64,000 bases of DNA from a virus. Taxonomy: Duplodnaviria > Caudoviricetes. The position numbers were made by a program, and so were the translations under genes. The DNA lies in IMG/VR virus record IMGVR_UViG_3300012036_000007, positions 570-64,569 of that record; one strand, given 5' to 3'. The first letter of the stretch is position 1. Every line of letters begins with the position of its first letter. The notes under the pieces are model-generated. The model searched no databases, had not been told where the DNA came from, and saw only the letters and a list, made by a program, of their open reading frames with translations. Positions 37,205-48,200 of the stretch are shown one piece after another.

Positions 37205-37576
37205 TTATTTATGCCCGCTCTCCTCGGTGACAATAGTTTCGATTCTTTTCCAAACTGAGTCGTTTAGCTCGTCGTTTTCGTATTTACGCGCTAGAGCAGT
37301 AAGCACGCTGGTGGCTTCCTTGCTTTTGCCTTGGATTCTCACCTGCAGGGATCGAACAGACTGCAACGCCCAAACGCGAAATTCATCTTGCATGTTCTCG
37401 CAACCGAGCACTTGCAGCCATGCGTGTATTGAGTCTTCATTTGGGGGATTCTTCTCGCCTCGTTCGATTTGCGAGACCATCGAAACCGAATGACCACTCG
37501 CCTTCGCAAGGGTTACTAGGGTTTCCTTAGCTTCGCGTCTCGCTTTCCTTAGTTGGTCGCCAAAAATATGTGCCAT
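37205..37576 (-). CDS. XRE-family HTH regulator
   Basis: FGDQLRKAR...LAKASGHSVSMVSQIERGEKNPP. Confidence 0.85.
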   Translation of the reverse strand: MAHIFGDQLRKARREAKETLVTLAKASGHSVSMVSQIERGEKNPPNEDSIHAWLQVLGCENMQDEFRVWALQSVRSLQVRIQGKSKEATSVLTALARKYENDELNDSVWKRIETIVTEESGHK

Positions 37577-37823
37577 TGTGATTGCCTGATGTTTAGCAGC
37601 TGGAATCCCTCGATCTTAGAATCGAGGTGAAAGGTTTCCACCCGACTGGTGTAACTAAACCGGGGCGGTGGAATCCGGTCAAGTTCACGGAATGGGAAAA
37701 GCCTGATAATTGGGGAAATTGACGATCTTGCGATGGAATCTACAGTTAGAGCTGTGTGCGTGATCAGGATCACAGTATTTCCACTTTCTCGCGGATCTGG
37801 ACTGGTGGCCAATTTTTTTAATT

Positions 37824-37850
37824 GCAATCGCCTTCCCGCCCTTGCGTCTA
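37824..37850 (+). promoter_or_regulatory. ECF-type promoter (ATPase operon)
   Basis: GCAATC gccttcccgccctt GCGTCTA. Confidence 0.75.
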
Positions 37851-37895
37851 CCGGAATGAATCCATTTTCATTCTCTGACGCAAAGGCAAATAAGC

Positions 37896-39326
37896 ATGGC
37901 AACCGCCACTGAAGTATCCATCAATCACGTCCAGGCCATCGAGCACGTGGAATTCGATATGCCGCCCGGTCAGGGTGGCATCCGAATCATCAAGGGCAGA
38001 AACGGAGCTGGCAAAACCACGGCCCTGCTTTGTGTCTCTGCCCTCTTGGGTGAGAAAGTCACACTCGGGGTCAGCGACGGCCATGATCGCGGTTCGATCA
38101 AAGGCATGGGGGTCGAGAAGGTTGTAACCGACAAGATCCGAACCAAGGGCAAGACCGACACGAAATCGCTGACCGGTCGATTCAATATCTCGGATTTGGT
38201 TGATCCACGCTTGAAGGATGCGGCTGCTCGAAACAAGGCACGGGTCAAGGCTCTGGTTTCCCTCACGTCAAACGATTACGGCCCCGAAGACTTCTACGGT
38301 CTGTTTGGCGGCGAAGATAAGTTCTGGGATACCGTCGATGCCGAATCGCTCGAAGGGGCATCTGATCTTTTGGAGTTGGCAGGCAAGGTCAAGCGGGCAA
38401 CCGATGCGGTAGCGAAAGGCTACGAAGTCAGTGTCGAAGATTCTGAGGCACGTTGGCAAGTGGCGGTAGAACAATCCAAGGGTGCTAAGCCAGATCAACC
38501 GCCTAAGGGGGTCGCGGAGTTGGCAGACGCGTACTCGGCATCCAAGTCAGCTTTGGAGCAAGGTCGGGCGCAAAACGAAGCCAATGAGACAGCACGTAGG
38601 GACAACGAATCGATTGATGCTAAGCTCGAACAGCATCTGTCGTTTGAGCCCGATTACGATGTGGAAGAGACCCGCGAAGGGCTGGCCAGGACCATAGAAA
38701 CGGTTGAGGTACTTCGAAAGAAGTTAGAAGCCGCTGAAGCATCCAAAGCGGAGTATGAAAAGCGAGTCAATCAGATTGACGCATGGACGGCCCGTCGTGA
38801 TGAGCTGGCATCGATGCGCAAGCCCGTCAGTTTGAGCGTGGTCGATGTGGATTCACTCGAATCCGATGAGCGTCATGCTTTGGAAGCCCTCCACAATGCG
38901 GAAGCGGCAAAGCAGCAATGGGAGGCAGCCACGCGAGCGAAGGAACTGTCGGATCAGATCAAGAGCGACCAAGACCGAGCCAAGAAGTTTCGGGCGATCG
39001 CAAAGGGGACTTCCGATGTCGTAACCAGCAAGCTCGATGTTGAGGGCCTCAAGCTAGTTGACAGTGTGCTGATGAGCGAACACGCCCGCCGCGGTAAGTG
39101 GGTGGCCTTCGATGAGCTGAGCGAGGGAGAGCGATGCCGGATTGCAATTGCGATCGCAATCCAGGCCCTTGGCGCAGGCGGCGTCCTGGTGCTAGAGCAA
39201 GAGGTTTGGCAGTCACTCGATACGGCCACCCGTGAGGCGGTGCGGGATCAGTGCTGTGATGCAAAGGTCTGGCTGGTATCGGGCGAGGTCGGTGATTGCG
39301 ATCTGTGCGTCGAAAGCGAGGTCTGA
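37896..39326 (+). CDS. SMC/Rad50-like coiled-coil ABC ATPase
   Basis: GRNGAGKTT, long coiled coil, LSEGE signature, degenerate Walker B VLVLEQE. Confidence 0.8.
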   Translation: MATATEVSINHVQAIEHVEFDMPPGQGGIRIIKGRNGAGKTTALLCVSALLGEKVTLGVSDGHDRGSIKGMGVEKVVTDKIRTKGKTDTKSLTGRFNISDLVDPRLKDAAARNKARVKALVSLTSNDYGPEDFYGLFGGEDKFWDTVDAESLEGASDLLELAGKVKRATDAVAKGYEVSVEDSEARWQVAVEQSKGAKPDQPPKGVAELADAYSASKSALEQGRAQNEANETARRDNESIDAKLEQHLSFEPDYDVEETREGLARTIETVEVLRKKLEAAEASKAEYEKRVNQIDAWTARRDELASMRKPVSLSVVDVDSLESDERHALEALHNAEAAKQQWEAATRAKELSDQIKSDQDRAKKFRAIAKGTSDVVTSKLDVEGLKLVDSVLMSEHARRGKWVAFDELSEGERCRIAIAIAIQALGAGGVLVLEQEVWQSLDTATREAVRDQCCDAKVWLVSGEVGDCDLCVESEV

Positions 39327-39330
39327 CCCG

Positions 39331-39528
39331 ATGGACGATCAAGAAGTGTTGGCAGAAGACATGACGAAGGCCGCTCACAGCTTGGATTTTGCTGTGGGTA
39401 GTTTGCGGGAAGCGATCAAGACCGCATCTGGCCAGCAAGTTGTCGAACTTGATGAGATGGTTGCCGACATCGATCGAGTCATGCGGAAGCTACACGGTTT
39501 GCGTGAAGAGGTTTCACGTGATGGGTAG
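39331..39528 (+). CDS. Small helical hypothetical protein
   Basis: ORF between the ATPase and the terminator. Confidence 0.55.
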   Translation: MDDQEVLAEDMTKAAHSLDFAVGSLREAIKTASGQQVVELDEMVADIDRVMRKLHGLREEVSRDG

Positions 39529-39561
39529 AGCCGACTAGTCCCAACCTCTTAGCAACCACCC

Positions 39562-39591
39562 AAAGCCAGCCTATTCAGGTTGGCTTTTTTT
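39562..39591 (+). terminator. Rho-independent terminator
   Basis: AAAGCCAGCCT-attc-AGGTTGGCTTTTTTT. Confidence 0.85.
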
Positions 39592-39603
39592 GTTGCCCGT
39601 CGT

Positions 39604-39630
39604 GCAGTCGAAGGCCATGCAATGCGTCTA
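39604..39630 (+). promoter_or_regulatory. ECF-type promoter (dnaN)
   Basis: GCAGTC gaaggccatgcaat GCGTCTA, directly after the terminator. Confidence 0.75.
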
Positions 39631-39667
39631 ACACTGGTACTCGTTTCGAAACCAAGAAAGGCATAGC

Positions 39668-40759
39668 ATGAAGTTCCAAATCGCAAGAGACCGATTCCTC
39701 ACCTCGTTCCAGGTAGCAGCATCGGTCGCCCCGAACAAATCCCCGAAGGATATCCTCAAGTACGTGAAGTGCATCGCAAGTGAGGGCCGTATCTCGCTCT
39801 CTGCCACGGATATGGACCACGGGGTAAAACTGGAACTCACCGGAGCGGCGGAACAAGATGGAAGCTGCTTGTTTCACGCAGAACGGATGTTGCGGATCTT
39901 GAAAGAGACGGACGCAGACGACATTGAATTCGAGCTGAACGGAACGGATCTTCGCATCGCTGCGGGCAAAGCCGACTTTAAGCTCTCGACGGCCAACCCT
40001 TATGAGCATCCAGGTGTGGAGTTGATCAAGGACGGGGAAACCATCACTCTCGATAAGCGGGCTATTTGTCAGGGGCTCAAATTCACGTCCTTTGCGACCG
40101 ACTCGGAGAGCAGCCGGTATGCGTTGGGGGGCGTCAATATCGAGCTGGATGGCGGGGTGTTGAACTTCATCGGCACCGATGGCCGTAGGCTGTCGAGGTT
40201 TCACATCGATGACATCGCAGGCAAGGACATGCGCGGAATTGTCCCGACGCGAGCTTGTCAGTTGTTGGCCCGGACACTGGTGAGCGAGGGTGATGCTGAG
40301 ATCCGGATGACCCATAATCATCTGCAGGTGACAACCGAACGGGGTTGCTTGTGGACCCGACTAGTAGAGGGTCGGTATCCTTCGTGGCGTCAGGTTATCC
40401 CAGATCGTGATGGTTCGACGTTTGAGGTTCATGTCGGGTCTTTATTGAGCTGCGTCAGGCAGGCTTCGATCACGACCGAGAAGGAATCGCGTGGCGTGAA
40501 TATGACGATCAGCAGTGGGTTGCTAACCATGGCCTCCAAGACAGCGGATGTTGGTGCCTCAAAGTCAGAGATTCCGATTGCATACGAGGGTGCTGAAATT
40601 GATGTGGTGTTGGACCATCGATACGCCTTGGATTACTTGCAGGCGTTGGACCCCCTTGACGTTGTAGGGATCTCGATGGTGAGCAGCCATCAGACTGTGT
40701 TGCTCACCTCTGGCAATGGTAGCGAGTACGTCATCATGCCGATGTCCAAAGATCAGTAA
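39668..40759 (+). CDS. dnaN: DNA polymerase III beta sliding clamp
   Basis: LSATD, SRYALGGV, GTDGRRLS, RLVEGRYP, YVIMPM; 363 aa. Confidence 0.95.
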   Translation: MKFQIARDRFLTSFQVAASVAPNKSPKDILKYVKCIASEGRISLSATDMDHGVKLELTGAAEQDGSCLFHAERMLRILKETDADDIEFELNGTDLRIAAGKADFKLSTANPYEHPGVELIKDGETITLDKRAICQGLKFTSFATDSESSRYALGGVNIELDGGVLNFIGTDGRRLSRFHIDDIAGKDMRGIVPTRACQLLARTLVSEGDAEIRMTHNHLQVTTERGCLWTRLVEGRYPSWRQVIPDRDGSTFEVHVGSLLSCVRQASITTEKESRGVNMTISSGLLTMASKTADVGASKSEIPIAYEGAEIDVVLDHRYALDYLQALDPLDVVGISMVSSHQTVLLTSGNGSEYVIMPMSKDQ

Positions 40760-40797
40760 GCTTGAACTTGGGCCAAGACCGGTGATAACTAGCCGCT

Positions 40798-43254
40798 ATG
40801 GCTAAACCACTTGAATACCCGATTAAACTAACCAACCATCCTGACAATGCGGGATCGCTAAAGAGTCTCAGCGACTCGATTAGTAAGGCGATGCGGGGTG
40901 CGGATTTATCCATCCAGTCGGTGGGTGAATCGGCAGTTGCTCAACTCAGTGCGATCGAGCGTTCTGTGGTTTCAGCGAGTCAAAGCCTTGGTGGTTTGTC
41001 TCGCAATAGCGGTTCGCTGCGAGAATCTTCGGTCGGTCCGGTAGCCCCGGCTGCTCCTATTGGTTCGGTTGATCCAGTCGGCCCATCTGGTGTGGATGCA
41101 GCAGCCGGGTTCAATCGGGACTTCGAGCGCGAGCAGAATCTAAACCCGCCTAGATTCATGGTGGAAATGCCGGATGTGGCGGGTGTGTCCTCCGATTTCA
41201 TGTCGGATCTTGGGACGGCGTTTGATTCGAATCCCATCGACGTGAACCCGTCGGTCGGTTTCGACCCGGCTGAGATCAGTGCGGAAGCGGATGAGTTGAA
41301 GCGGTTGTTGGATTCGAAGCTCGCTGCGGATGCTGTCGCGGTGGGCGTGTCGCTTGATGACGATGTGCTGAGTGACCAGCTTGGTGATTCCTTGCGGCAG
41401 TTGGAGGATCTTGAGAGAGCTGGGGGTGGCGTAGGTAAAGAGCTTTCATCATCGTTCCGAGAAATCGCGTCTAAGGCGGAAGAGAGTGCATCTGGAATTG
41501 GCCAGCTTGCTTCTGGCTTAGCCTTTCTGACTGCGGGGAATGAGGATGCAAAGGAATTCATCAACACGCTTCTCAAAATCAAGGGAGCGACTGACGTAGG
41601 GCTTGGGTTGTTTAAGTCTCTATCTGGCTTGGTTCAAGTGACCTCGCTGGTGAAAGACAGGACGGCATTGCGATCCCAGGCACAGCAGATAGACAACCAG
41701 CGAACACAAGTAGCTAGGCAAGCGGCATTGCAGTACGTGACGATGCTTGACCGGCAAGGCATCTCATTATTGAAGGCCACCAATGGCAACCGTGCCCATG
41801 CGGCTGCATTGAGGCAGGTAGCCACCGAAGCAAGACGGGCGGCTATTGCGGAGCGTGATTTCAACACCTCAGCGAGTTCCGGTGGGTTCAAGGGTGGGGG
41901 CGGACGTGGTAGCGGCATCGCAGGCCTGATCGGTTCATCGCTTGGGGGTTCAGTCGGCGGTGGAGGGTTGGTGAGTACCGTTGCTTCGCAAGCGGGCGGT
42001 TCTATTGGCGCATCGATAGGTGGAGCATCCATTGGAGCAGCTGCAATACCCGCTGCGGCTATCGCTGGCGTAGGTCTGACAGCCGGAGCACTAACCGTCG
42101 GGTTGATAGGCCTTGCTGACACTCTTGATGGCAGTGCGAGCGACATCGATTCCAACACGGCCAAGATCGGTTCTTCGGCAGCCGAGTGGGCGGACTACGT
42201 CGGGGACATGACGGGCCTATTCGACCTGATTGATTCATCGGGGTTGGAAGCAGCTGAATCGATGCGGGCTTTTGCGAAACAGAACCAAGCTCAAATCGAT
42301 GCGATCAACAAGCAGTTCGATGACAAGCAAGAGGCAGCCGACTTGAGCCTCAGCCGTGAAGCCGACGATGCGGCATTGGGGAGCAGTTTCGAAAGGCTCG
42401 ACCTAGAAGTCCAATCCGGACTGATGAGCGACTTGGCGGCAGAGACCCAAAAGGCGGCTGCCCTTGCAGGACGCTTGACCGTACAGGCAGACATTTATCA
42501 GAAATCGATCACCGGTACTGGGGTGAGTTTGGTGGAGAGCAATGCGGCTTTGGATGACGGGATTGATCTAGCCGGTCGGCTTGTGGCAGTCCAGAAGGAT
42601 CAGTTGAAGGCCATCCAGCAAGAGACGGACGAACGGAGGAAAGCCAATGAGGAAGTCACTAAGGGTTTGCGAGATCGATTATCTTTGCTTGACGAGGAGG
42701 AGCGGAAGCAACGGGACATCTACTCGACCGAGAAAGAGCGACTCGAGAACGCGGCTATTCGGTTCGTCAAGTTGTCCGAGGTCGACAAGCTGGAAGCACT
42801 TTCGGCAAAGAGATTGGCGGATGCAGGTAGGGCGTCAGAACTATCGCGGTCGCAGCGTGATTTGCTTGATTCGATTGGAACGCGAGATGCATCAACTGCG
42901 GTGCGCGGAGCAAACCTAGCGGATGCCCAGAACAGTGGCTTCTTCCGGAGCTTTGGTGGCGATGAGCAGCAACGGATAGCGGATGCCCAGCGAGCACGTC
43001 AGCAGGCGATGAGCGAGAGTCAGCAAGTGCAGGTTCAGATCGCGAATCAGGTGGCGGTGGACTTGAAGATCCAATCCAATGAGCAGGCGATTACGGACAA
43101 GGTGACGCGTCAGGTACTTGCGGCCATCGCGGAGCGGGATCGATTGGCGGACCTGAGAAGACGGACGGATGCTAGGGAATTCAGGCTGAATAATGATCGA
43201 GAGATGGAAGCATCGCAATCTCAATTCAACCAAAGCAATCCAGCACTTAACTAG
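40798..43254 (+). CDS. Tape-measure-like protein
   Basis: 818 aa Ala/Gly/Ser-rich helical protein with a hydrophobic Gly-rich middle and coiled-coil C-half. Confidence 0.55.
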   Translation: MAKPLEYPIKLTNHPDNAGSLKSLSDSISKAMRGADLSIQSVGESAVAQLSAIERSVVSASQSLGGLSRNSGSLRESSVGPVAPAAPIGSVDPVGPSGVDAAAGFNRDFEREQNLNPPRFMVEMPDVAGVSSDFMSDLGTAFDSNPIDVNPSVGFDPAEISAEADELKRLLDSKLAADAVAVGVSLDDDVLSDQLGDSLRQLEDLERAGGGVGKELSSSFREIASKAEESASGIGQLASGLAFLTAGNEDAKEFINTLLKIKGATDVGLGLFKSLSGLVQVTSLVKDRTALRSQAQQIDNQRTQVARQAALQYVTMLDRQGISLLKATNGNRAHAAALRQVATEARRAAIAERDFNTSASSGGFKGGGGRGSGIAGLIGSSLGGSVGGGGLVSTVASQAGGSIGASIGGASIGAAAIPAAAIAGVGLTAGALTVGLIGLADTLDGSASDIDSNTAKIGSSAAEWADYVGDMTGLFDLIDSSGLEAAESMRAFAKQNQAQIDAINKQFDDKQEAADLSLSREADDAALGSSFERLDLEVQSGLMSDLAAETQKAAALAGRLTVQADIYQKSITGTGVSLVESNAALDDGIDLAGRLVAVQKDQLKAIQQETDERRKANEEVTKGLRDRLSLLDEEERKQRDIYSTEKERLENAAIRFVKLSEVDKLEALSAKRLADAGRASELSRSQRDLLDSIGTRDASTAVRGANLADAQNSGFFRSFGGDEQQRIADAQRARQQAMSESQQVQVQIANQVAVDLKIQSNEQAITDKVTRQVLAAIAERDRLADLRRRTDAREFRLNNDREMEASQSQFNQSNPALN

Positions 43255-43550
43255 TCGTTCGCTAGATCGGCTAGTCGTTTACTTGCTTGGTTCAGTCTCT
43301 CCCTTGCTGACTCTAAACGGTCTTGATCTTCTGCCAATGCGGCGGTCCACTTATCTACTTCATCCCGGTCTCCGGTATCCAATGCGGACTTAATGATGTT
43401 CTCGCTGTTTCCGATCATGCTTTCGGCTAGCTCGACATTCTTCTCGGCAAGCTTGTATTCCGCTTCCGCCCTAGCGATCTTGTCTGCAACTGACTCGCCA
43501 CACCCGGTAAACACAACCAAAGCGAGAACGAGAACCGATAGATATTTCAT
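43251..43550 (-). CDS. Lipoprotein (coiled coil); possible superinfection-exclusion moron
   Basis: MKYLSVLVLALVVFTGC lipobox. Confidence 0.75.
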   Translation of the reverse strand: MKYLSVLVLALVVFTGCGESVADKIARAEAEYKLAEKNVELAESMIGNSENIIKSALDTGDRDEVDKWTAALAEDQDRLESARERLNQASKRLADLAND

Positions 43551-43687
43551 CTGAGAGAGCCTTTCGAGGGATTAGGGGGCAACGAACACCGATTGTAATC
43601 AATGCCCGCTAGATCGTGGCACATGGCTACTAGGCTGTATTGTTCGAGTGACGTGAATTTGCCAGGGCTGGCTTTGAATTAATAGAC

Positions 43688-45098
43688 TTGACGTACTCCC
43701 CACGGATAAATCCGGGGGATTCTTAGGTTCAAACAGAAACAGCAGGCTGAGCCTGACTGACATTTCCTCGCCTATCGAGCTGACGACCCAGCTCTTGAAT
43801 GTTTATCGCAGCGTTGTGGTCTCGGCCAATTGAATGACCGCAACCACCGCACTCAAACGTACGAACCGAAAGCGGCATGTCTTGGACATGTCCGCAATCG
43901 CTGCACGTCTTTGTGGTCGGCTCGAATCGTCCAACTTGAACGACGCGACACCCTCGCTTTGCTGCAACGTGCTTGAGTATCGACAAGAACGAATCAAACG
44001 CCAAGTCGGAGACCTTACGGCCCCAAAGTCGTTTCATGCCATCTAAGTTCAAATCCTCAAAACACATCACCGCGTACCGGTCGCAAAGGTTATGGGCCAG
44101 TTTGAAGAACCAGTCACGACGGCGGTTTGCAATTCGTTCGTGGACTCTCGAAAGTCGATTCTTCGCTTTGCGTCGGTTGTTGCTTCCCTTGGTTTTCGTC
44201 GCAAGTTCACGATTCGCTTTCGCCAATTGAGCACTACCTTGCTTAAAAAACTCCGGGCTGGTGATCGTACTTCCATCATTAAACGTGAGAAAGTCTTTCA
44301 AACCGAAATCCGCGCCGCCGACATTACTCGTTACTGGCGTGGATGGCTTAAATTCTTCGTTCAATGTTGAGAAGCACAACCACAATCGATTCATGCGGTC
44401 ACGTTTCACCGTGACCGTCTTTATCGTTCCTTCGATCTCTCTGGAGTTCACAAACTTGTAGTTGTGTCGTCCGATCCTAATCCTGTTGCCACCGAGCAGC
44501 TTCCATCCTGCTTGCGTCATCGTGAACGACGAATACTCTCGCGACTTTTGAAATCCGGGGCGACCTGCTTTGACTCCCTTGCGAGTCTTCAACCACTTGA
44601 AAAAACGCTGGTAGGCATTGTCCAAACGCTCAACGACTTTTTGGACGGACTGCGATCCAACCAGCATCCAATCTTCATGACGTTTGCGGAGTTTCGCAAT
44701 GTGTTTCTGGAGTTTCGCCTTCGAACAATACTTGCCGAACAGACGGAAGTACGTCCGTTGAAATGCCACCGCGTGATTCCAAATACGACCGTACGTAGAA
44801 ATCATGCGATGCAATCGCACATTCCTGCGTGTTTCGAACAGTCGGTATTTGTACGTTCGTCGCATCGGTTGTCTGTGAAAGGTGCCCCGCACCGGCTGAC
44901 ACACAACTCGCGCAGAAGAATCCGCAAGAATCGTTACCGGTTTGGAGCGTATCAAAAGTTGTGTGTCACGAGTTATTATAGCGATACCTACTTGCAGGGC
45001 AACACGTATTTGGTCGGATCGACGCCATATCGAACGGCGTCGATCCGAATCGCTATCCATCCCCATAGCTAAAGCAGGGGGCTTTCCGCGATGTCAGA
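43688..45098 (-). mobile_element. IS200/IS605-family element, tnpB only, with IS608-like ends
   Basis: Minus strand LE: TTAC|TCTGACATCGCGG-AAAG-CCCCCTGCTTTAGCTATGGGGA; RE: GAAT-CCCCCGGATTTATCCGTGGGGAGTACG-TCAA|. Confidence 0.9.
43729..44865 (-). CDS. tnpB: RNA-guided endonuclease TnpB
   Basis: TYKYRL, RuvC GADFG / FEDL / RDHNAAINI, Zn finger CSDC...CGGC. Confidence 0.95.
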   Translation of the reverse strand: MRRTYKYRLFETRRNVRLHRMISTYGRIWNHAVAFQRTYFRLFGKYCSKAKLQKHIAKLRKRHEDWMLVGSQSVQKVVERLDNAYQRFFKWLKTRKGVKAGRPGFQKSREYSSFTMTQAGWKLLGGNRIRIGRHNYKFVNSREIEGTIKTVTVKRDRMNRLWLCFSTLNEEFKPSTPVTSNVGGADFGLKDFLTFNDGSTITSPEFFKQGSAQLAKANRELATKTKGSNNRRKAKNRLSRVHERIANRRRDWFFKLAHNLCDRYAVMCFEDLNLDGMKRLWGRKVSDLAFDSFLSILKHVAAKRGCRVVQVGRFEPTTKTCSDCGHVQDMPLSVRTFECGGCGHSIGRDHNAAINIQELGRQLDRRGNVSQAQPAVSV

Positions 45099-45219
45099 GT
45101 AATTGAGAGTTGGAAGCAGTTGTCCGGTCACCGAATTGGCGGATTCGACTAGGTGCTGTCGTTCGTGCGCAAACTGCTAAGATGCTCCCCATCATCAACA
45201 AAGGCATGGGGCAGAGCGA

Positions 45220-48200
45220 ATGCAGGCAGCAGAATTCATTGAGCGCTGGACGAAGTCCGGCGGAGCGGAGCTAGCAAATTCGCAGGCGTTCATAGTGGAG
45301 CTGTGTGACCTATTAGGTGTCGATCATCCAGACCCGACGATTGACTCTGGCGAGGACCAAAACACGTACGTCTTCGAAAAGGCAATAAAATTCAACAATG
45401 GGGACGGAACCTTCAGCGACGGACGAGTCGACCTGTATAAGCAAGGCAGCTTCGTTTTTGAGTCGAAGCAGGGCGTTGAGAAGAAAAACGCATCGGCAGA
45501 TGAACGACTGGCTACGGTTACCCGCAATGCCAGACAACGAAGCGGGACTGGCAAACGAGGCTCCCGTGAATGGGAAAAGTCGATGTTTCGGGCGAGAGGT
45601 CAGGCGAAACGTTACGCGGAAGCCCTCCCGGAGTGGCCACCTTTCTTGGTTGTTGCCGACATCGGCTATTGCTTTGATTTGTACGCGGACTTTAGCGGCA
45701 CAGGGAAGAACTACCAGCCGTTTCCCGACCCACGTAGCTATCGAATCGAAATCACTCGACTCAGTGACGAGAATGTACGTGGTGACCTTCGGTTGCTATT
45801 CACAGGTCCGCACCAACTCGACCCTAGCAAACGATCGGCAGAGGTTACGCGGGAGATTGCGACTCGACTGGCAAAGCTGGCCAAGAGCTTGGAGGCCCAA
45901 CACGACCCGGAGGTTGTAGCGGGTTTTCTGATGCGATGTTTGTTTACGATGTTTGCCGAAGATGTCGACCTAATCAAGCGAGATGGATTCACCGAATTGC
46001 TGTTGAGTCTTCGCACAGAGCCGGACAACTTCGTGCCAATGGTGGAGGGTCTTTGGACTGCGATGGACTGCGGTGAGTTCTCCCAGTTCTTGCGCGAGAA
46101 GGTCCGTCGATTTAACGGCAAGTTCTTCAAGGACAAGACCGCTTTGCCGGTAACGCTAGACCAGTTGCAACTCCTGATCGAGGCAGCGGGCGACTACGAC
46201 TGGAAAGATGTCGAACCAGCGATATTTGGAACCCTGCTCGAAAGAGCGTTGGATCCGGTGGAACGTCACAAGCTAGGAGCACACTACACGCCACGTGCTT
46301 ACGTTGAGCGGTTGGTGATGCCAACGATCATCGAACCATTGCGTGAGCAGTGGGATGCGACCTACGCGGCTGCCACACGACTGGATGACGAAGGCAAGCG
46401 AAAAGATGCGGTCAATCTTTTGCGTGAGTTTCACGGTGAGCTATGTGAAGTCAGGGTCTTGGACCCGGCATGTGGAAGCGGAAACTTTCTTTATGTCGCG
46501 ATGGAGTTGATGAAACGGCTAGAGGGGGAAGTCGTAGCGACTCTGGCAAGTTTCGGGGACAACGTTCTGCCGGGAATCACGATCGACCCGCATCAATTCT
46601 TGGGGATCGAGATCAATCCGAGGGCTGCAGCGCTGGCGGAGTTAGTCTTGTGGATCGGGTACGTACAGTGGCACAAACGAACGCGAACAGAAACGACGCC
46701 TCCCGAGCCAATCCTGCGAGATTACGGCAACATCGAGTGCCGCGACGCAGTGTTGGATTGGGACAGAATCGAGCCGGTTGTCGATGATGACGGCAATCCC
46801 GTCACTCGCTGGGATGGGCGAACAACGAAGCCGCACCCGGTCACGGGCGAAGAGGTGCCCGATGAAGATGCACGCGTTCACGAGCAGCGTTACATCAATT
46901 CAAGAAAAGCCGCGTGGCCCGAAACGGATTACATCGTCGGCAATCCGCCGTTCATTGGCACGTCGCGGATGCGAGACGCACTGGGCGACGGCTACACCAA
47001 GGTGATCCGATCGACGTACAGCGAACTGCCCGAGTCGTGTGATTACGTGATGTACTGGTGGCACACGGCGGCCGAAAGAGTGCGGGCCGAACAAGCCAAC
47101 CGCTTCGGTTTGATCACGACAAACAGTCTTCGTCAAACGTTCAATCGCCGAGTCGTCACACCGCACTTGCAAGCCAAGAATCCGCTTTCGATCGACTTCG
47201 CGATCCCAGATCACCCGTGGGTGGATACGGCGATGTGCGCTGCGGTGCGGATCGCGATGACGGTTGGCGTTCCGGGCGAATCGGCTGGCGTGTTGAACCG
47301 CGTGGCATCGGAAGAAGAACGCGGAGAGGAAGCGGCAGCAATCGAGTTCAAGACTTCGAGCGGGATCATCCAAGCTGACTTGCGAATTGGCGCGGACGTT
47401 GGTTCGGCAATCACTCTTCAAGCGAATGAGGATCTCAGCAATCGAGGCTATTGCCTTTTCGGCCAGGGGTTTGTCCTTGAGGCAAAAATTGCTGCCGACC
47501 TAATTGCAAAAGGATGCGGAGCGACTATCCATCCGTACCTGAACGGGCGAGATGTTACGCAGCAGGCTCGCGGTGTTTTTGTAATCGACGTCTGCGAGTT
47601 GAAGTCAGAAGACGTACGTCAACGTTTCCCTGCCGTCTACCAGCATCTGCTAGATTTCGTCAAACCCGAACGTGATCAAAATAACCGTAAGAGTCGCCGA
47701 GATAATTGGTGGGTGTACGGTGAGCCAAATCCAAAGCTCCGAAAACAGCTTGTCGGGTTGCATCGCTATATCGCAACCGCGGAGACGTCAAAGCATCGCT
47801 TCTTTGTGTTACTTGACGATGCGATCCATCCCGACAATGCATTAATTGCTTTCGCGGTAGATGATGTTTCCATCCATGGCGTGCTTTCGAGCAAAATTCA
47901 CGTTTGCTGGGCACTCGCCGCTGGTGGTCGACTCGGGGTAGGTAATGATCCGCGTTACAACAAAACCCGCTGCTTCGAGACCTTCCCATTCCCCATCACT
48001 GACGCAGCCAGCAAGAAACGCATTGGCGACTTGGCTGAGCAACTCGACGCCCATCGCAAGCGGCAGCAAGATCAACACGCAACGCTGACGATGACCGGCA
48101 TGTACAACGTGCTGGAGAAGTTGCGATCCGGTGAAACACTGACGGCCAAGGATCAAACCATCCACCAGCAAGGACTCGTCTCGGTACTGAAACAGATTCA

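Noticed and set aside
39575-40321. Long minus-strand ORFs (also 3727-4416, 40980-41582, 57177-57758)
   Set aside because: Antisense shadows of well-supported + strand genes
44866-45066. 67-aa N-terminal extension of TnpB or a tnpA remnant
   Set aside because: Runs through the LE hairpin, shows no HuH/Y1 motif, and TnpB similarity starts at ATG 44865
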